Assembly: GCF_006345805.1 (NCBI RefSeq)
Contig: NW_021833799.1
Span: forward strand, 1 to 64,000
Origin: Octopus sinensis
Lineage: Eukaryota
Length of the DNA: 64,000 nt
Direction: 5' to 3'
Shown in pieces: positions 38,898-52,757 of the stretch (positions are counted from its first letter, which is position 1; every line of letters starts with the position of its first letter). A model generated the notes under the pieces. The model had not been told where the DNA came from. It saw only the letters and a list, made by a program, of their open reading frames with translations, and did not search any database. Made by a program: the position numbers and the translations under genes.

Positions 38898-39675
38898 TAT
38901 ATATATATATAGATTGATAGGTACATACATACATGCATGCATACATACATACAAACCCACACATACACACAAACGTTGACACAAAGAAGCAATCGCCACA
39001 AAGTCAAAAACGCCAAGAAACACACGTGCACAAACACAACACACACATACAAAGTACATACACACACACATACGCATACATACGCACACATATATACCCC
39101 CCACACACACACACATTGAACATAAGGCGAGTGAAGGCGAGTGCGACAGGCGGCGGAATTTGTCGAAGCCACGATATTCAAACAACAAAAACAACGAAAG
39201 CCGAAGAAAACGATGTCATTATCATAAACTTATAATATTATAATTAGCTACGTCGTTTATCATAGCGCACTAATTATAATATTATTATTAGCTGCTAATT
39301 ATAATATTATTATTAGGCTTTCGCGATAAGTTTTAGAGCAAAAGCAAGGAAGAAGAATAACAGAGTTTAATTTACAAGAGAAATAAGAAGAACTTTGGGA
39401 CTTCGCCGAGAAAGTTTACTTGGTAAGAGCATATGTGTGTATGTATATATATATATGTATGTATATATATATATATACACATACACACATATATATATAT
39501 AAAGACATACAAACTAGAATACATATTTAAGCATATAAATACATACAGACACATAGAACACATGCGTATATACATCCAATATATATATATATATATATAA
39601 TGGTTAATGATATATATATATATAATATATAGTATATATAAATATATATATATATGTCTATAATATATATATATA

Positions 39676-39711
<36 letters not shown>

Positions 39712-41425
39712 TTATAATATATATATATCATATATATATATCTTATATATATACTCATATATATATATAATATATATATATAGTATATATATAGTATATA
39801 TATATAGTAATACACGTGTATATATATATATATTACTCATGTATGTATACCCGAGTGTGTATATACACATTTTTTTACATACATATATATACAGACAACT
39901 ATTGATAAGTTATTTATATGTATCTCTCTCTCTTTCCTTTTCTATTTATACACCCATCTCTCTATCTATCCATCTCCCCCCCTCTCTCTCTATATATATA
40001 TATATATACATTTATTTATAAACCTATGTCTGTGTGTATGAAAGGAGGTGTATGTGTGTGTGCCCCAGCATGGGCGCCGTCTGATATGATACAAAAGAGT
40101 AGAAGTCTATATGTATGTATAGTTCTTTTCATTTCGTTTGAACACCCGTTCGCGGGAAGTTTTTTTGTAGTAATTGCATGGATAAACTTTGTCAATCAAA
40201 CTTTCCCGACTCAATATATTGCACGTGTGTTCATGTGTGTGTGTGTTTGTATGTATATATGTATGATTGTATGTTTGTATGTATGATTGTATGTGTGTGT
40301 GTGTGTGTATGTATGTATATATATATATGTGTATGTATGTATGTACATATGTATGTATGTATATAAGTATGTATGATTGTATGTATGTGTGTGTGTGTAT
40401 GTATGTATGTGTGTGTATGTATGTATGTATATACGTATGTATGTATGTGTGTGTATGTATGTATGTATATACGTATGTATGTATGTGTGTGTGCATGTAT
40501 GTATGTATGAATGTATGTATGTATGGATGTATGTATGTATGTATGTATGTATGTATGTATGTATGTCTATATGTATGTATTATGTATGTATGTATGTGTG
40601 TATGTATGTAATGTATGTATGTGTGTATGTAATGTATGTATGTATGTTGTAGTATGTATGTATGTAGGTATGTATGTATGTTATGTATGTATGTATGTAT
40701 GTGTGTATGTAAATGATGTATTTATGTATGTATGTTTGATGTATGTTTGTATGTGTGTATGTATGTATGTGTGTATGTATGTATGTATGTATGTGTGTAT
40801 GTATGAATGTATGTATGTATGTATGAATGTATGTACGTATGTATGTGTATATGTATTTATGTATGTATGCATTGAAAAATTCCGCCGAAGGCTTACTGAC
40901 CGAATACTTCGAAGTTACTATCATTGTAAAGTTCAGTTATAAACATATGCTTATAGTTCGTTTTAACCATGCTGTGCGTATATTTGTGTGTGTGTGTGTG
41001 TGTGTGTATGTATCAGTGTACCTACCTCTATGCATATATACTTATATACACACACACACACAAACACATACATATGTGTGAGCAAGGCTCCAACATGGCC
41101 TTGACCGTGAAGGGTAAAGCAGTGTTAAGTACATAACATTCAAATGACACACGGACGAACAGTGTATATATATATATATATACATACACACACACATATA
41201 TAGACATAATCACACACAGAAGCATTTGTATGTGTGTATATAAATTACTCGCGCGTGTGTGTATGTGTATAGGTATGTGTGTGTGTATATATGTATATAT
41301 ACATTTATATATTTATATGTATATATTTATATATGTGTGTATATTTATATATATATATTTATATATGTATTTATTTATATATATGTGTGTGTGTATTTAT
41401 ATACACATATTCGTGTCTTTCCCTA

Positions 41426-41506
41426 ACCTGATTATACACACACTTTAGATGAGTTGTAGTGCACCTGAGCACTGTACACAATTATTATTATTATTATTAT
41501 TATTAT
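41426..41506 (+). mobile_element. 81-bp 3'-terminal copy of the 14070-18438 LINE
   Basis: ACCTGATTATA..CACTTTAGATGAGTTGTAGTGCACCTGAGCACTGTACACA(ATT)n, nearly identical to 18360-18438. Confidence 0.9.
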
Positions 41507-41624
41507 AGCAAAACTTTTTTTGGGGGGTGGGGTATAAATTTCCCTCGTTTTGCAAAAATATAAAGATGTGCCCTCGCTTTTCAAGTAATTCTGGTTACTA
41601 GAAGCCAGTTAATTACACACACAC

Positions 41625-42230
41625 ACCTGCATACCTGCCTACCTACCTACGTACATACATACCTACATACATACATACATACATATACATACATACACAA
41701 ACACATACATACATACATACCTACATACATACATACAAACATACATACATACATACATACATACATACATAAATACACACATACATACACACATACATAC
41801 ATACATACATACATACATACATACACACATACATACATATATACATACACACACACATAATACACACACACATACATACATACACACATGCATACATACA
41901 TACATACACACATATACATACATACACACATACATACACACATACATACACACATACATACATACATACATAAATACACACATACATACACACATACATA
42001 CATACATACATACATACATACCTACATACACACATACATACATACATACATACATACATACATACATACATACATACATACATACATACATACATACATA
42101 CATGCATACATACCTACATACATACATACATACACACATACACACATACATACATACATATATACATACATACATACATACATACATACACACATATATA
42201 CATACATACATACATACATACACACATACA
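41625..42230. repeat. (TACA)n microsatellite
   Basis: Direct inspection; a (TATG)n tract also lies at 40230-40865. Confidence 0.95.
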
Positions 42231-42392
42231 CCATGCATGCAAGCATAAAATGTAAGGGCATTCCTACAGTTTGAGGCTCCAACGTTTGTTTTCCCATAAC
42301 TTGTGATGTTCATAATTTTAAATGAAATTTTGCAGAGATACATTTAAGAGGATATAGATTACGATTAATTTGGTAATATTTTTTAAAAGATA

Positions 42393-43348
42393 AGGTGGTA
42401 AGCTGGCAAAAACGTTAGCACGCCGGACAAAGTACTAAACGGTATTTCGTCCGTCTTTATGTTCTGAGTCCAGGATTCCGCCGAAGTCGGCTTTGTCTTT
42501 CATCGTTTCGGGGTCGATAAATTAAGTACCAGTTCCGCACTGGGGTCGATGTAATCGACTTAATACCTATGTCTGTCCTTGTTTGTCCCCTCTATGTTTA
42601 GCTCCTTGTTGGTAGTAAAGAAATGGGTATTTCGTCTGTCTTTATGTTCTGAGTTCAGGATTCCGTCGAAGTCGGCTTTGTCTTTCATCGTTTCGGGGTC
42701 GATAAATTAAGTACCAGTTCCGCACTGGGGTCGATGTAATCGACTTAATACCTATGTCTGTCCTTGTTTGTCCCCTCTATGTTTAGCTCCTTGTTGGTAG
42801 TAAAGAAATGGGTATTTCGTCTGTCTTTATGTTCTGAGTTCAGGATTCCGTCGAAGTCGGCTTTGTCTTTCATCGTTTCGGGGTCGATAAATTAAGTACC
42901 AGTTCCGCACTGGGGTCGATGTAATCGACTTAATACCTATGTCTGTCCTTTTTGTCCCCTCTATGTTTAGCTCCTTGTTGGTAGTAAAGAATGGGTATTT
43001 CGTCTGTCTTTATGTTCTGATTTCAGGATTCCGTCGAAGTCGGCTTTGTCTTTCATCGTTTCGCGGTCGATAAATTAAGTACCAGTTCCGCACTGGGGTC
43101 GATGTAATCGACTTAATACCTATGTCTGTCCTTGTTTTCCCCTCTATGTTTAGCTCCTTGTTGGTAGTTAAAGAAATGGGTATTTCGTCTGTCTTTATGT
43201 TCTGAGTTCAGGATTCCGTCGAAGTCGGCTTTGTCTTTCATCGTTTCGGACTCGATAAATTAAGTACCAGTTGAGCACTGGGTCCGATATAATCAATTTA
43301 CCTCGTCCCACGAATTTGCTGGCCTTGTACCGGAATTTGAAACCAATA
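42393..43348 (+). repeat. SINE D expanded into a 185-bp tandem array (about 4.5 units)
   Basis: GGTATTTCGT at 42441, 42626, 42811, 42994, 43179. Confidence 0.9.
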
Positions 43349-43595
43349 TTTTTTATTTCAATTCCTGAGCATTATACTAATACATCTGTTTGTTGTCTAC
43401 ACCACCTGTCTCCATCTTTTGTTTTATTTTTGTGAATTCTCCACATATATATATGTACATACATACTTACATACATACATATATCTATATATATATAGAT
43501 ATATATATAATATATATATTATATCTATATATATATATATATATTATATATATATATTATATATATATATATACACATACATACATACATACATA

Positions 43596-43748
43596 GGCGC
43601 GGAGTGGCTGTGTGGTAAGTAGCTTGTTTACCAACCACATGGTTCCGGGTTCAGTCCCATCTCTGCAGGTGTCTTCTGCTATACCCCGGCCGACCAATGC
43701 CTTGTGAGTGGATTTGGGTAGACGGAAACTGAAAGAAGCCCTGTCGTA

Positions 43749-43787
<39 letters not shown>

Positions 43788-44000
43788 TGTGTGTTTGTGT
43801 TTCTGTGTTTGTCCCTCTAGCATTGCTTGACAACCGATGATGGTGTGTTTACGTCCCTGTAACTTAGCAGTTTGGCAAAAGAGACCAATAGAATAAGTAC
43901 TGGGCTTCCAAAGATTAAGTCCTGGGGTCGATTTGCTCGACTAAAGGCGGTGCTCCAGCATGGCCACAGTCAAATGACTGAAACAAGTAAAAGAGTAAAG
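43596..44000 (+). mobile_element. SINE family A copy
   Basis: Full copy. Confidence 0.85.
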
Positions 44001-44404
44001 ATATATATATATATATATATAGATAGATAGATACATACATACCTATAGATATTTTGTTCATCAAACCACAAAATTTTACTTGTATATTTGCTTCAGTTGT
44101 TTGTTGTCTCCATCACTATCCACTCAGATTCTCCTTGTAATAATTCTTAGCCCCCACCCCCACCCCCGACCTGGTCCTTGGTGAAGAGATCAGGGGTCTA
44201 AGTTCAAATCATTTGGGCGTCACTAATTGTTTTCCTGTATAGAGATTCCCACAATTTCCTCTGTTGAATGTACATATACACGTGTGTGTGTGTACGTATG
44301 TATGTATGTATGTATGTATGTATGCATGTATGTATGTATGTATGTATGTATGTATGTATGTGTGTATGTACGTATGTACGTATGTATATATGTATGTATG
44401 TATG

Positions 44405-44868
44405 TGATCACGTGACCGACCAGTCCATCAGATGTAGTTACACATCGCCGGTCACAATGCGTTCGCATTGTTTTAGCCTTCGAACGACACCACCCCACTG
44501 GCTAAGCGAGCAGGCCAACAGAAGAAAGAGTGGGAGAAAGAGTGCCGAAAGAGTACAGCAGGGATCACCACCATCCCCTGCCGGAGCCTCGTGGAGCTTT
44601 AGGTGTTTTCGCTCAATAAACACTCACAACGCCCGGTCTGGGAATCGAAACCGCTATCCTATGACCGCGAGTCCGCTGCCCTAACCACTGGGCCATTGCG
44701 CCTCCACGGTGAAAGAGTACAGCAGGGATCACCACCATCCCCTGCCGGAGCCTCGTGGAGCTTTAGGTGTTTTCGCTCATAAACACTCACAACGCCCGGT
44801 CCTGGGAATCGAACGACCCGCGATCCTACGACCGCGAGTCCGCTGCCCTAAGCCACTGGGCCATTGCA
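44405..44868 (-). mobile_element. SINE family C copy plus tandem duplicate of its head
   Basis: Head present twice (ending about 44707 and 44868). Confidence 0.8.
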
Positions 44869-45321
44869 CACATCCACATGTATGTATGTATGTTTGTATA
44901 TATAGATGTAAAAAAATACAACTGGGACAAGAACGCAAAACATTTAGAAGACAATACAATGTCCCGTCCGTGTTTTTTGTATTGCGTTCTTGTCCCAGTT
45001 TGTATTTTTTTACATATACATATATGTAGCGGCGCCCGTACCCTTTTGGTCTCATATGTATGTATGTACGCATGCTTGTGTGTCTATATATATATGTATA
45101 TAAGCTTGTATGTCATTGTTCGGTTTTATTTCAAGATTTCTTGCCAATAGAGAAAGAACCAGTTTCTAACCTAGGTCCAAGGGTCCTTCACTGGACATCA
45201 ACAAAAGGGTATTTTTGTATATATATATATATATGTATGTATGTGTGCATATTTGTATGTATTCTTATGTATATAGTTCCATATCTCGACATGCTCATGT
45301 ATGTATATATGTATGTATACT

Positions 45322-45692
45322 CTTTTACTCTTTTACTTGTTTCAGTCATTTGACTGTGGCCATGCTGGAGCACCGCCTTTAATCGAGCAACTCGACCCCA
45401 GGACTTATTCTTTGTAAGCCTAGTACTTATTCTATCGGTCTCTTTTACTGAACTGCTAAGTTATGGTGACAAAAACACACCAGCATTGGTTGTCAAGCGA
45501 TGTTGGGGGACAAATACATACATACATACATATATACAATGGGCTTCTTTCAGTTTCCGTCTACCAAATCCATTCACAAGGCTTTGGTCGGCCCGAGGCT
45601 ATACTAGAAGACATTTGCCCAAGGTGCCACGCAGTGGAACTGAACCCGGAACCATGTTGTTGGTAAGCAAGCTACTTACCACACAGCCACAT
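45322..45692 (-). mobile_element. SINE family A copy
   Basis: Reverse-strand full copy. Confidence 0.85.
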
Positions 45693-45696
45693 GAAT

Positions 45697-45950
45697 GTGT
45701 GGAGGCGCGTGGCTTAGTGGTTAGGGTGTCAGCACCATGATTGTAAGATTGTGGTTTTGATTCCTGGACCGGGCGACGCGTTGTGTTCTTGAGCAAAACT
45801 CTTCATTTCACATTGCTCCAGTCCACTCAGCTGGCAAAAATGAGTAACGCTGCAATGGACTGATGTCCCGTCCAGCTGGGGAAGACATATGCCATAGAAA
45901 CCGGGAAATCGGGCCCATGAGTCTGGCTAGGCTTTAAAAGGGCACATTTA
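45697..45950 (+). mobile_element. tRNA-headed SINE with central TTGAGCAAAAC..TTGCTCCAGTCCACTCAGCTG domain and the 22956-type 3' body
   Basis: Head, conserved-domain-like segment and tail GGCTAGGCTTTAAAAGGG. Confidence 0.7.
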
Positions 45951-46621
45951 TTTTTATTTATATATATGAATGTATGTATGAATCATCATCATCATCATCA
46001 AGGATTTGAACTCAGAACCTAAGGACTAAGGATCATTGTTTAGTGTCCGCTTTCCATGGTGGCATGGGTTGGATGGTTCAACTGGGGTCTGGGAAACCAG
46101 ATGGCTGCACCAGGCCCCAGTCTGATCTGGCAATATTTCTACGACTGCATGCCCTTCCTAATGCTAACCACTCCATGAGTGTAGTGGGTGCTTTTTATGT
46201 GCCAGACGCGGCTGGCAAATGGCCACGATCGGATGGTGCTTTTTACATGCCACCGGCACAGAGGCCAGTTGGTGCGGCACTGGCAACATCCGCGTTCAGA
46301 TGGTTCTCTTATGTGCCACCGGCACTGGTATCACAGCTATATATATATGCTTGTATTTATATATGTGTGTGTATGTGCCTATATATGTATGTATGTGTGT
46401 GTATATGTTTGTGTGTCTGTGTTTGTCCCCCCCTCCCTGCAACATCGCTGGACAACCGATGCTGGTGTGTTTACGTCTCCGTAACTTAGCAGTCTGGCAA
46501 AAGAGACCGATAGAATCAGTACTAGGCTTTCAAAGACTGGGTCCTGCAGTCGATTTGCTCAAGTAAAAAGGCAGTGCTCCAGCATGGCCGCACTCAAATA
46601 ACTGAAACAAATAAACGGATA

Positions 46622-46786
46622 GGCGCAGGAGTGGCTGTATGGTAAGTAGCTTGCTTACCAACCACATGGTTCCGGGCTCAGTCCTACTGCGTGGCATCTT
46701 GGGCAAGTGTCTTCTGCTATAGCCCCGGGCTGAACAATGTGCCTTGTGAGTGGATTTGGTAGAACGGAAACTGAAAGAAGCCCGTC

Positions 46787-46837
<51 letters not shown>

Positions 46838-46983
46838 ATTAATATATATATATATATTATGTATATATATGTATATATATATGTATATATATATGTATAT
46901 ATATATGTATATATATAGTATAATTATATGTATATTATATATATATGTATATATATATGTATATATATATGTATATATATATG

Positions 46984-47015
<32 letters not shown>

Positions 47016-47240
47016 ATATATTTATGTTTGTGTGTCTGTGTTTGTCCCCCTAGCATTGCTTGACATCCGATGCTGGTGTGTTTACGTCCCCATCACTTAG
47101 CGGTTCGGCAAAAGAGACCGATAGAATACGTACTGGGCTTACAAAGAATAAGTCCCGGAGTCAATTTGTTCGACTAAAAAGGCGGTGCTCCAGCATGGCC
47201 GCAATCAAAATGACTGAAACAAGTAAAAGAGTAAAAGAGT
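46622..47240 (+). mobile_element. SINE family A with about 240-bp internal (TA)n expansion
   Basis: Head 46622-46788, tail 47030-47240. Confidence 0.85.
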
Positions 47241-47767
47241 AAGAGTATACACACACACACACACACATACACACACATATACATACATGAAAGCGTTTAA
47301 AAATCCCCTACATATGCCTTCAATATCTAAGACTCCTTGTGGAGAAAACTTCTTTAGCAACATGTATTAACAGTGCCGGATGGCGAGCAGGCCCGGGTGG
47401 GTGTAGGAAAAAACTCTAAACGTTTCTGTATGTTAGGGCTTACCCCCTCTAAGCCCTCTTCTACGGTGCACTGGGTTGTGTATGAAGGCGTTGGTACTAT
47501 TTCACTGCTACCCCCCCCCTCCTATCCAGTTTTTTTTTCCTTTTAAGAAAAAACCGAAATGTGTATACATGCGTCCACTGTTCAAGTTCTTGGGTTACAC
47601 AGACTAACTTTGATTAATTAGACACACACACACACACACACATATACATATGTATATATGTGTGTGTGTATATGTATATATGTTTATATATATATATGTA
47701 TATATTTATATATGTGTATATATGTGTGTGTGTATATATATATAGAGAGAGAGACATTTATATTTAT

Positions 47768-48166
47768 AGGCGCAGGTATGTGTGGTATGTAGCTTGCTTA
47801 CCAACCACATGGTTCGGGGTTCAGTCCCACTGTGTGGCACCTTGGGCAAGTGTCTTCTACTATAGCCTCGGGCCCACCAAAGCCTTGTGAGTGGAATTGG
47901 TAGATGGAAACTGAAAGAAGCTTATTGTATATATGTATATATATATGTGTGTGTTGTGTATCTGTTTATGTGTCTGTGTTTGCCCCCCCAACATTGCTTG
48001 ACAACTGATGCTGGTGTGTTTACATCTCAGTAACTTAGTGGTTCGGCAAAAGAGACCGATAGAATAAGTACTGGGCTTACAAAGAATAAGTCCTGGGGTC
48101 GAGTTGCTCAACTAAAGGCAGTGCTCCAGCATGGCCACAGTCAAATGACTGAAACAAGTAAAAGAG
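47768..48166 (+). mobile_element. SINE family A copy
   Basis: Full copy. Confidence 0.85.
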
Positions 48167-48673
48167 TCTATAGATATGTGTGTGTTTGTGTGTGTGCATT
48201 TATGTGAGCATACTTGGCCCGGTGGTTAGGCTGTTGCAGTCACGATTGCGAGATCGTGGTTTCAATTCCCAAATTGGCTGCACATTGTTTTCTTGAGCAA
48301 GACATTCCAGTTCCCACTGCTTCTGTCCAATCTAAACCCCAGATTGATAACCACCGCATCAGAGTATAAACTTTCAGAATATTTGCTTACCAACGAAGAA
48401 TTACCACAAATCCCCCCAACCAGATTTTCCTGTTCGTCTGCTGAATTTATATTTAGACACCATTAACAACCACCTGTCACCATTTCATTTTATTTCCATC
48501 CTTTCATTTACTCAACTGGTGTGCTGCTGGGAGCCATTTCTCGTTTGCCTGGATTCCATCTCGTTTTGTTTGTTCTTGGATTTTAGTTAACGAGCCCAAT
48601 CTTAGCACCACCTGTATGCACCTAATTCACATGCTTTTAATGTACAGCAATACCTGAACTATTGTAGGTGTTC

Positions 48674-49060
48674 ATCATCATCATCATCGTTTAGCGTCCG
48701 CTTTCCATGCTAGCATGGGTTGGACGGTTCGACCGGGGATCTGGGAAGCCAGAAGGCTGCACCAGGCTCCAGTCTGGTCTGACAGTGTTTCTATGGCTGG
48801 ATGCCCTTCCTAACGCCAACCACTCCATGAGTGTAGTGGGTGCTTTTTACGTGCCACCGGCACAGGTGCCAGACAAGGCTGGCAAACGGCCACAATCGGA
48901 TGGTGCTTTTTACGTGCCACCAGCATGGAGGCCAGTCGGGGCGTCGCTGGCAACAGCCACGTTCGGATGGTTCTCTTACGTGCCACAGGCACTGGAATCA
49001 CAGCTACAATTTCCATTGATGTTGATTGATTTTGATTTTCACTTGCCTCAACAGGTCTTC
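48674..49060 (-). mobile_element. Family E copy
   Basis: Matches the family; another copy lies at 49825-50240 (+). Confidence 0.75.
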
Positions 49061-49440
49061 ACAAGTAGGGTGTTGTGTTCCAAAAAAACCCGCGATAGAT
49101 GAAAATCCCTGAAGTAGAAACAGTACTTCAGGGTACTTTAGGTGGTGAGCTGGCAGTTGAATTATGTACTTAAGTCGAAGCACCAGGTCAGTCTGGTATT
49201 ATCTGCACAGCTCGAAGTAAGCTGAATAAAATCATGGATTTCTTCTGTCTTCTTGCTCTGTTAAAGTATTTGAGTAAAATTATATCAATGTGTCCAACTG
49301 GTTAAAATTCTATTTACTTATTTGTGCAGCTGAGGATAGCACTGCATTTAAATTGATGTTATGATTGCATTGTTCAATTAAATGGAACTGCTTGAAACAG
49401 TTGTACTGCATCACTTCTTGATATCCTGTTGCTTATTTTG

Positions 49441-49470
<30 letters not shown>

Positions 49471-49471
<1 letters not shown>

Positions 49472-49720
49472 GTAAAAATAATATGTGACAATTATTCAAT
49501 AGCCACGATAAAACTCTAAGTTTGGATGCCGAAGTGGAAATCCACAACACCATCTCTTCGGCTATCTGGCCATCTGAAAAACACTATCATAAAAACGCTA
49601 AACATACCGTTTTTCAGATGGCCAGATAGCTGAAGAGATGGTGTTGTGGATTTCCACCTCAGCATCCGAAACTCAGAGTTTTATCTTGGCTACCGAATAA
49701 TTGTCACATATTATTTTACA
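49471..49720. mobile_element. Foldback of about 110-bp arms (Penelope-like inverted termini) with hammerhead-like core
   Basis: 49471-49581 is the near reverse complement of 49608-49720. Confidence 0.7.
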
Positions 49721-50529
49721 GATAAATTTCCTCTATTTACATAATATTGAGGTCTCTTTCTTTCTTTTGTTATCTTACCGTGTTTACCAATATACATATA
49801 TATATATATATAAAGAATAAATCGAAATCGATGAACATCAATGGAAATTGCAGCTGTGATACCAGTGCCGGTGGTACGTAAGAGAACCAACCGAACGTGG
49901 CCGTTGCCAGCGCCGCCCCAACTGGCCTCGTGCTGGTGGTACGTAAAAAGCACCAACCGATCGTGGCCGTTGCCAGCCTCGCCTGGCCTCCGTGCTGGTG
50001 ACACGTAAAAAGCACCATCTGATCATGGCCGTTCGCCAGCCTCATCTGGCATGTAAAAAGCACCCACTACACTTTCAGAGTGGTTGGCATTAGGAAGGGC
50101 ATCCAGCCGTAGAAACATTGCCAGATCAGACTAGGCCTGGTGCAGCCTCCTCGCTTCCCAGACCCCAGTCAAACCGTCCAACCCATGCTAGCATGGAAAG
50201 CGGGCGCTAGACGATGATGATGATGATGATGATGATGATGAATAAGAAGTTTCGAATGGTACAACAATGCACTATAATACAGACAATGGGCTGAGTATAC
50301 CTGTTGTAATTTAGTCATCCATAGTCTTGATAATATCTCAAAATAAAATTCCTTCTTCAGATATTCTTAGACGGAGTCGCTGCTATAATCGGTTTTCCAG
50401 CGGTGTGTGTGTATAGACAATATATGTACATACATAGAATAAGTACTAGGCTAGCAAAGAATAAGTCCTGGGGTTGATTTGCTCCAGCATGGCCGCAGTC
50501 AGATGCCAAACAAATAAAGGAATAAATAC

Positions 50530-50708
50530 AGGAGTGGCTGTGTGGTAAGTTGCTTGCTTACCAACCACATGGTTCCGGGTTCAGTCCCACTGCGTGGCAC
50601 CTTGGGCAAGTGTCTTCTGCTATAGCCCCGGGCCGACCAATGCCTTGTGAGTGGATTTGGTAGACGGAAACTGAAAGAAGCCCGTCGTATATATGTATAT
50701 ATTAATAC

Positions 50709-50762
<54 letters not shown>

Positions 50763-50780
50763 GTATATATATATACATAT

Positions 50781-50848
<68 letters not shown>

Positions 50849-51074
50849 TACATACATATATATATAAGGCGGCGAGCTGGCAGAAATGTTAGCACGCCAG
50901 GCGAAATGCGTTGCCGTATTTCGTCTGCCGTTATGTTCTGAGTTCAAATTCCGCCGAGGTCGACTTGTCTTTCATCCTTTCGGGGTCGATTAAATAAGTA
51001 CCAGTTACGTTTGTCTGTCCTTGTTTGTCCTCTCTGTGTTTAGCCCCTTGTGGGTAATAAAGAAATAATATGTG

Positions 51075-51109
<35 letters not shown>

Positions 51110-51330
51110 GTGTGTGTGTGTGTGTTTGTTTGTGTGTCTGTGTTTGTCCCCCTAGCATTGCTTGACAACCGATGCTGGTGTGTTTACGTCCCCGTAATTT
51201 AGCGGTTCGGCAAAATAGACCGATAGAATAAGTACTGGGCTTACAAAAGAATAAGTCCCGGGGTCGAGTTGCTCGATTAAAGGCGGTGCTCCAGCATGGC
51301 CACAGTCAAATGACTGAAACAAGTAAAGAG
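50530..51330 (+). mobile_element. SINE A interrupted by SINE D (50868-51066) inside its internal (TA)n
   Basis: A head, (TA)n, D copy, (TA/TG)n, A tail. Confidence 0.8.
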
Positions 51331-51844
51331 TGTATATATAGATATATGTATGTGTATATATGTGTGTGTTTGTGTGTGTGTATACTACACAGATATAGAT
51401 AGATAGATGGATAGACCAATGGAGGGACAGACAGACAGACAATTAAAAAGATAGACAAACAGACAGACAGATAGACAGAAGCATAGATAGATAGACAAAC
51501 ACACACACACATGTACCCTGAATTAACAATGCAACTCTTATCCGCCACCCCACTGCCTCCACCCCTAACTCTACCCCCTTATCTCTCAATACTACACAAC
51601 TGTTAACCTTTTTCCACCCTGATCTCTGGTACAACTTAAATTACATTTCCTGTCATCCACCCCATCCACCCCGCCCCCCCCCCCGACCAACTACCCAGAG
51701 TGGAGGCTGGTTTAAAATTTACCCCCCCCCCCCGGGTCTTCTATGTGTGATGTCTGATCTCCCCTTCATCTACCTCCCTCTCCGCCTCCCCTCACACACT
51801 CCTCTGCTCAAGCAGAAGTGGTTGGCAGAGGGTGATGCTGTGTA

Positions 51845-51890
<46 letters not shown>

Positions 51891-51984
51891 TGGATAATGA
51901 TATTTTGATAATCTGACATTTTGAAAATTTGACATATGCTACAAGGTGCATTTCAGAAGTTTTGAGACTCAGTTTACAAAAGGC

Positions 51985-52620
51985 AGATCTTTTCAGTTTG
52001 ACCGGCAGTTTTTTCAAATAATTTCCAGGTAACTAAACACTTTTAAACTTCGTATACTGGTAGAATGTGTTTATAAAACATCTTTTTCTCTTGGCTTTAT
52101 TGAGAAAATTCTATGGTTTATAAGATATTTGGGTCTTTTCGGTTTGACCGGCGTTTTTAATTTTTTAAAATAATTTCCACGTAACTAAACACTTTTAAAC
52201 TTCAATACTTGGTAGAATGTGTTATAAGACATTTTTTCTCTTGGCTTTATTGAGAAAATTCTATAGTTTGTAAGATATTTGGGTCTTTTCGGTTTGACCG
52301 GCAGTTTTTTAAAATAATTTCCACGTAACTAAACACTTTTAAACTTCATATACTGGTAGAATGTGTTTATAAAACATCTTTTTCTCTTGGCTTTATTGAG
52401 AAAATTCTATAGTTTGTAAGATATTTGTTGTTTTTTTTTGTTCAATTTCTGCAATTCCAACCAATCAATGACGTCTATTGAGGTAAAAAACATTCTGTGC
52501 CATATGAATATGTCCCTCGTTTAAGAAAGGGATCTTTTCGGTTTGACCGGCAGTTTTTTAAGATAATTTCCACGTAACTAAACACTTTTAAACTTCGTAT
52601 ACTGGTAGAATGTGTTTATA
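51985..52620 (+). repeat. About 148-bp tandem repeat of a DNA-transposon-like terminus (GGGATCTTTTCGGTTTGACCGGCAG)
   Basis: Unit starts at about 51985, 52131, 52281 and 52528. Confidence 0.7.
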
Positions 52621-52757
52621 ACCAATAGAATAAGTACTGGGCTTACAAAAGAATAAGTCCCGGGGTCGATTTGCTCGACTAAAGGCGGTGCTCCAGCATG
52701 GCCACAGTCAAATGACTGAAACAAGTAAAAGAGTAAAGAGTATACATACATCTAAAT

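Noticed and set aside
48320-48660. Possible coding exon or mariner fragment
   Set aside because: My translations of the minus-strand frames gave no recognisable motif, and stops were frequent.
49090-49430. Possible host exon on the minus strand
   Set aside because: Part of it recurs at 58365-58500 in the opposite orientation, so it is an old dispersed repeat.
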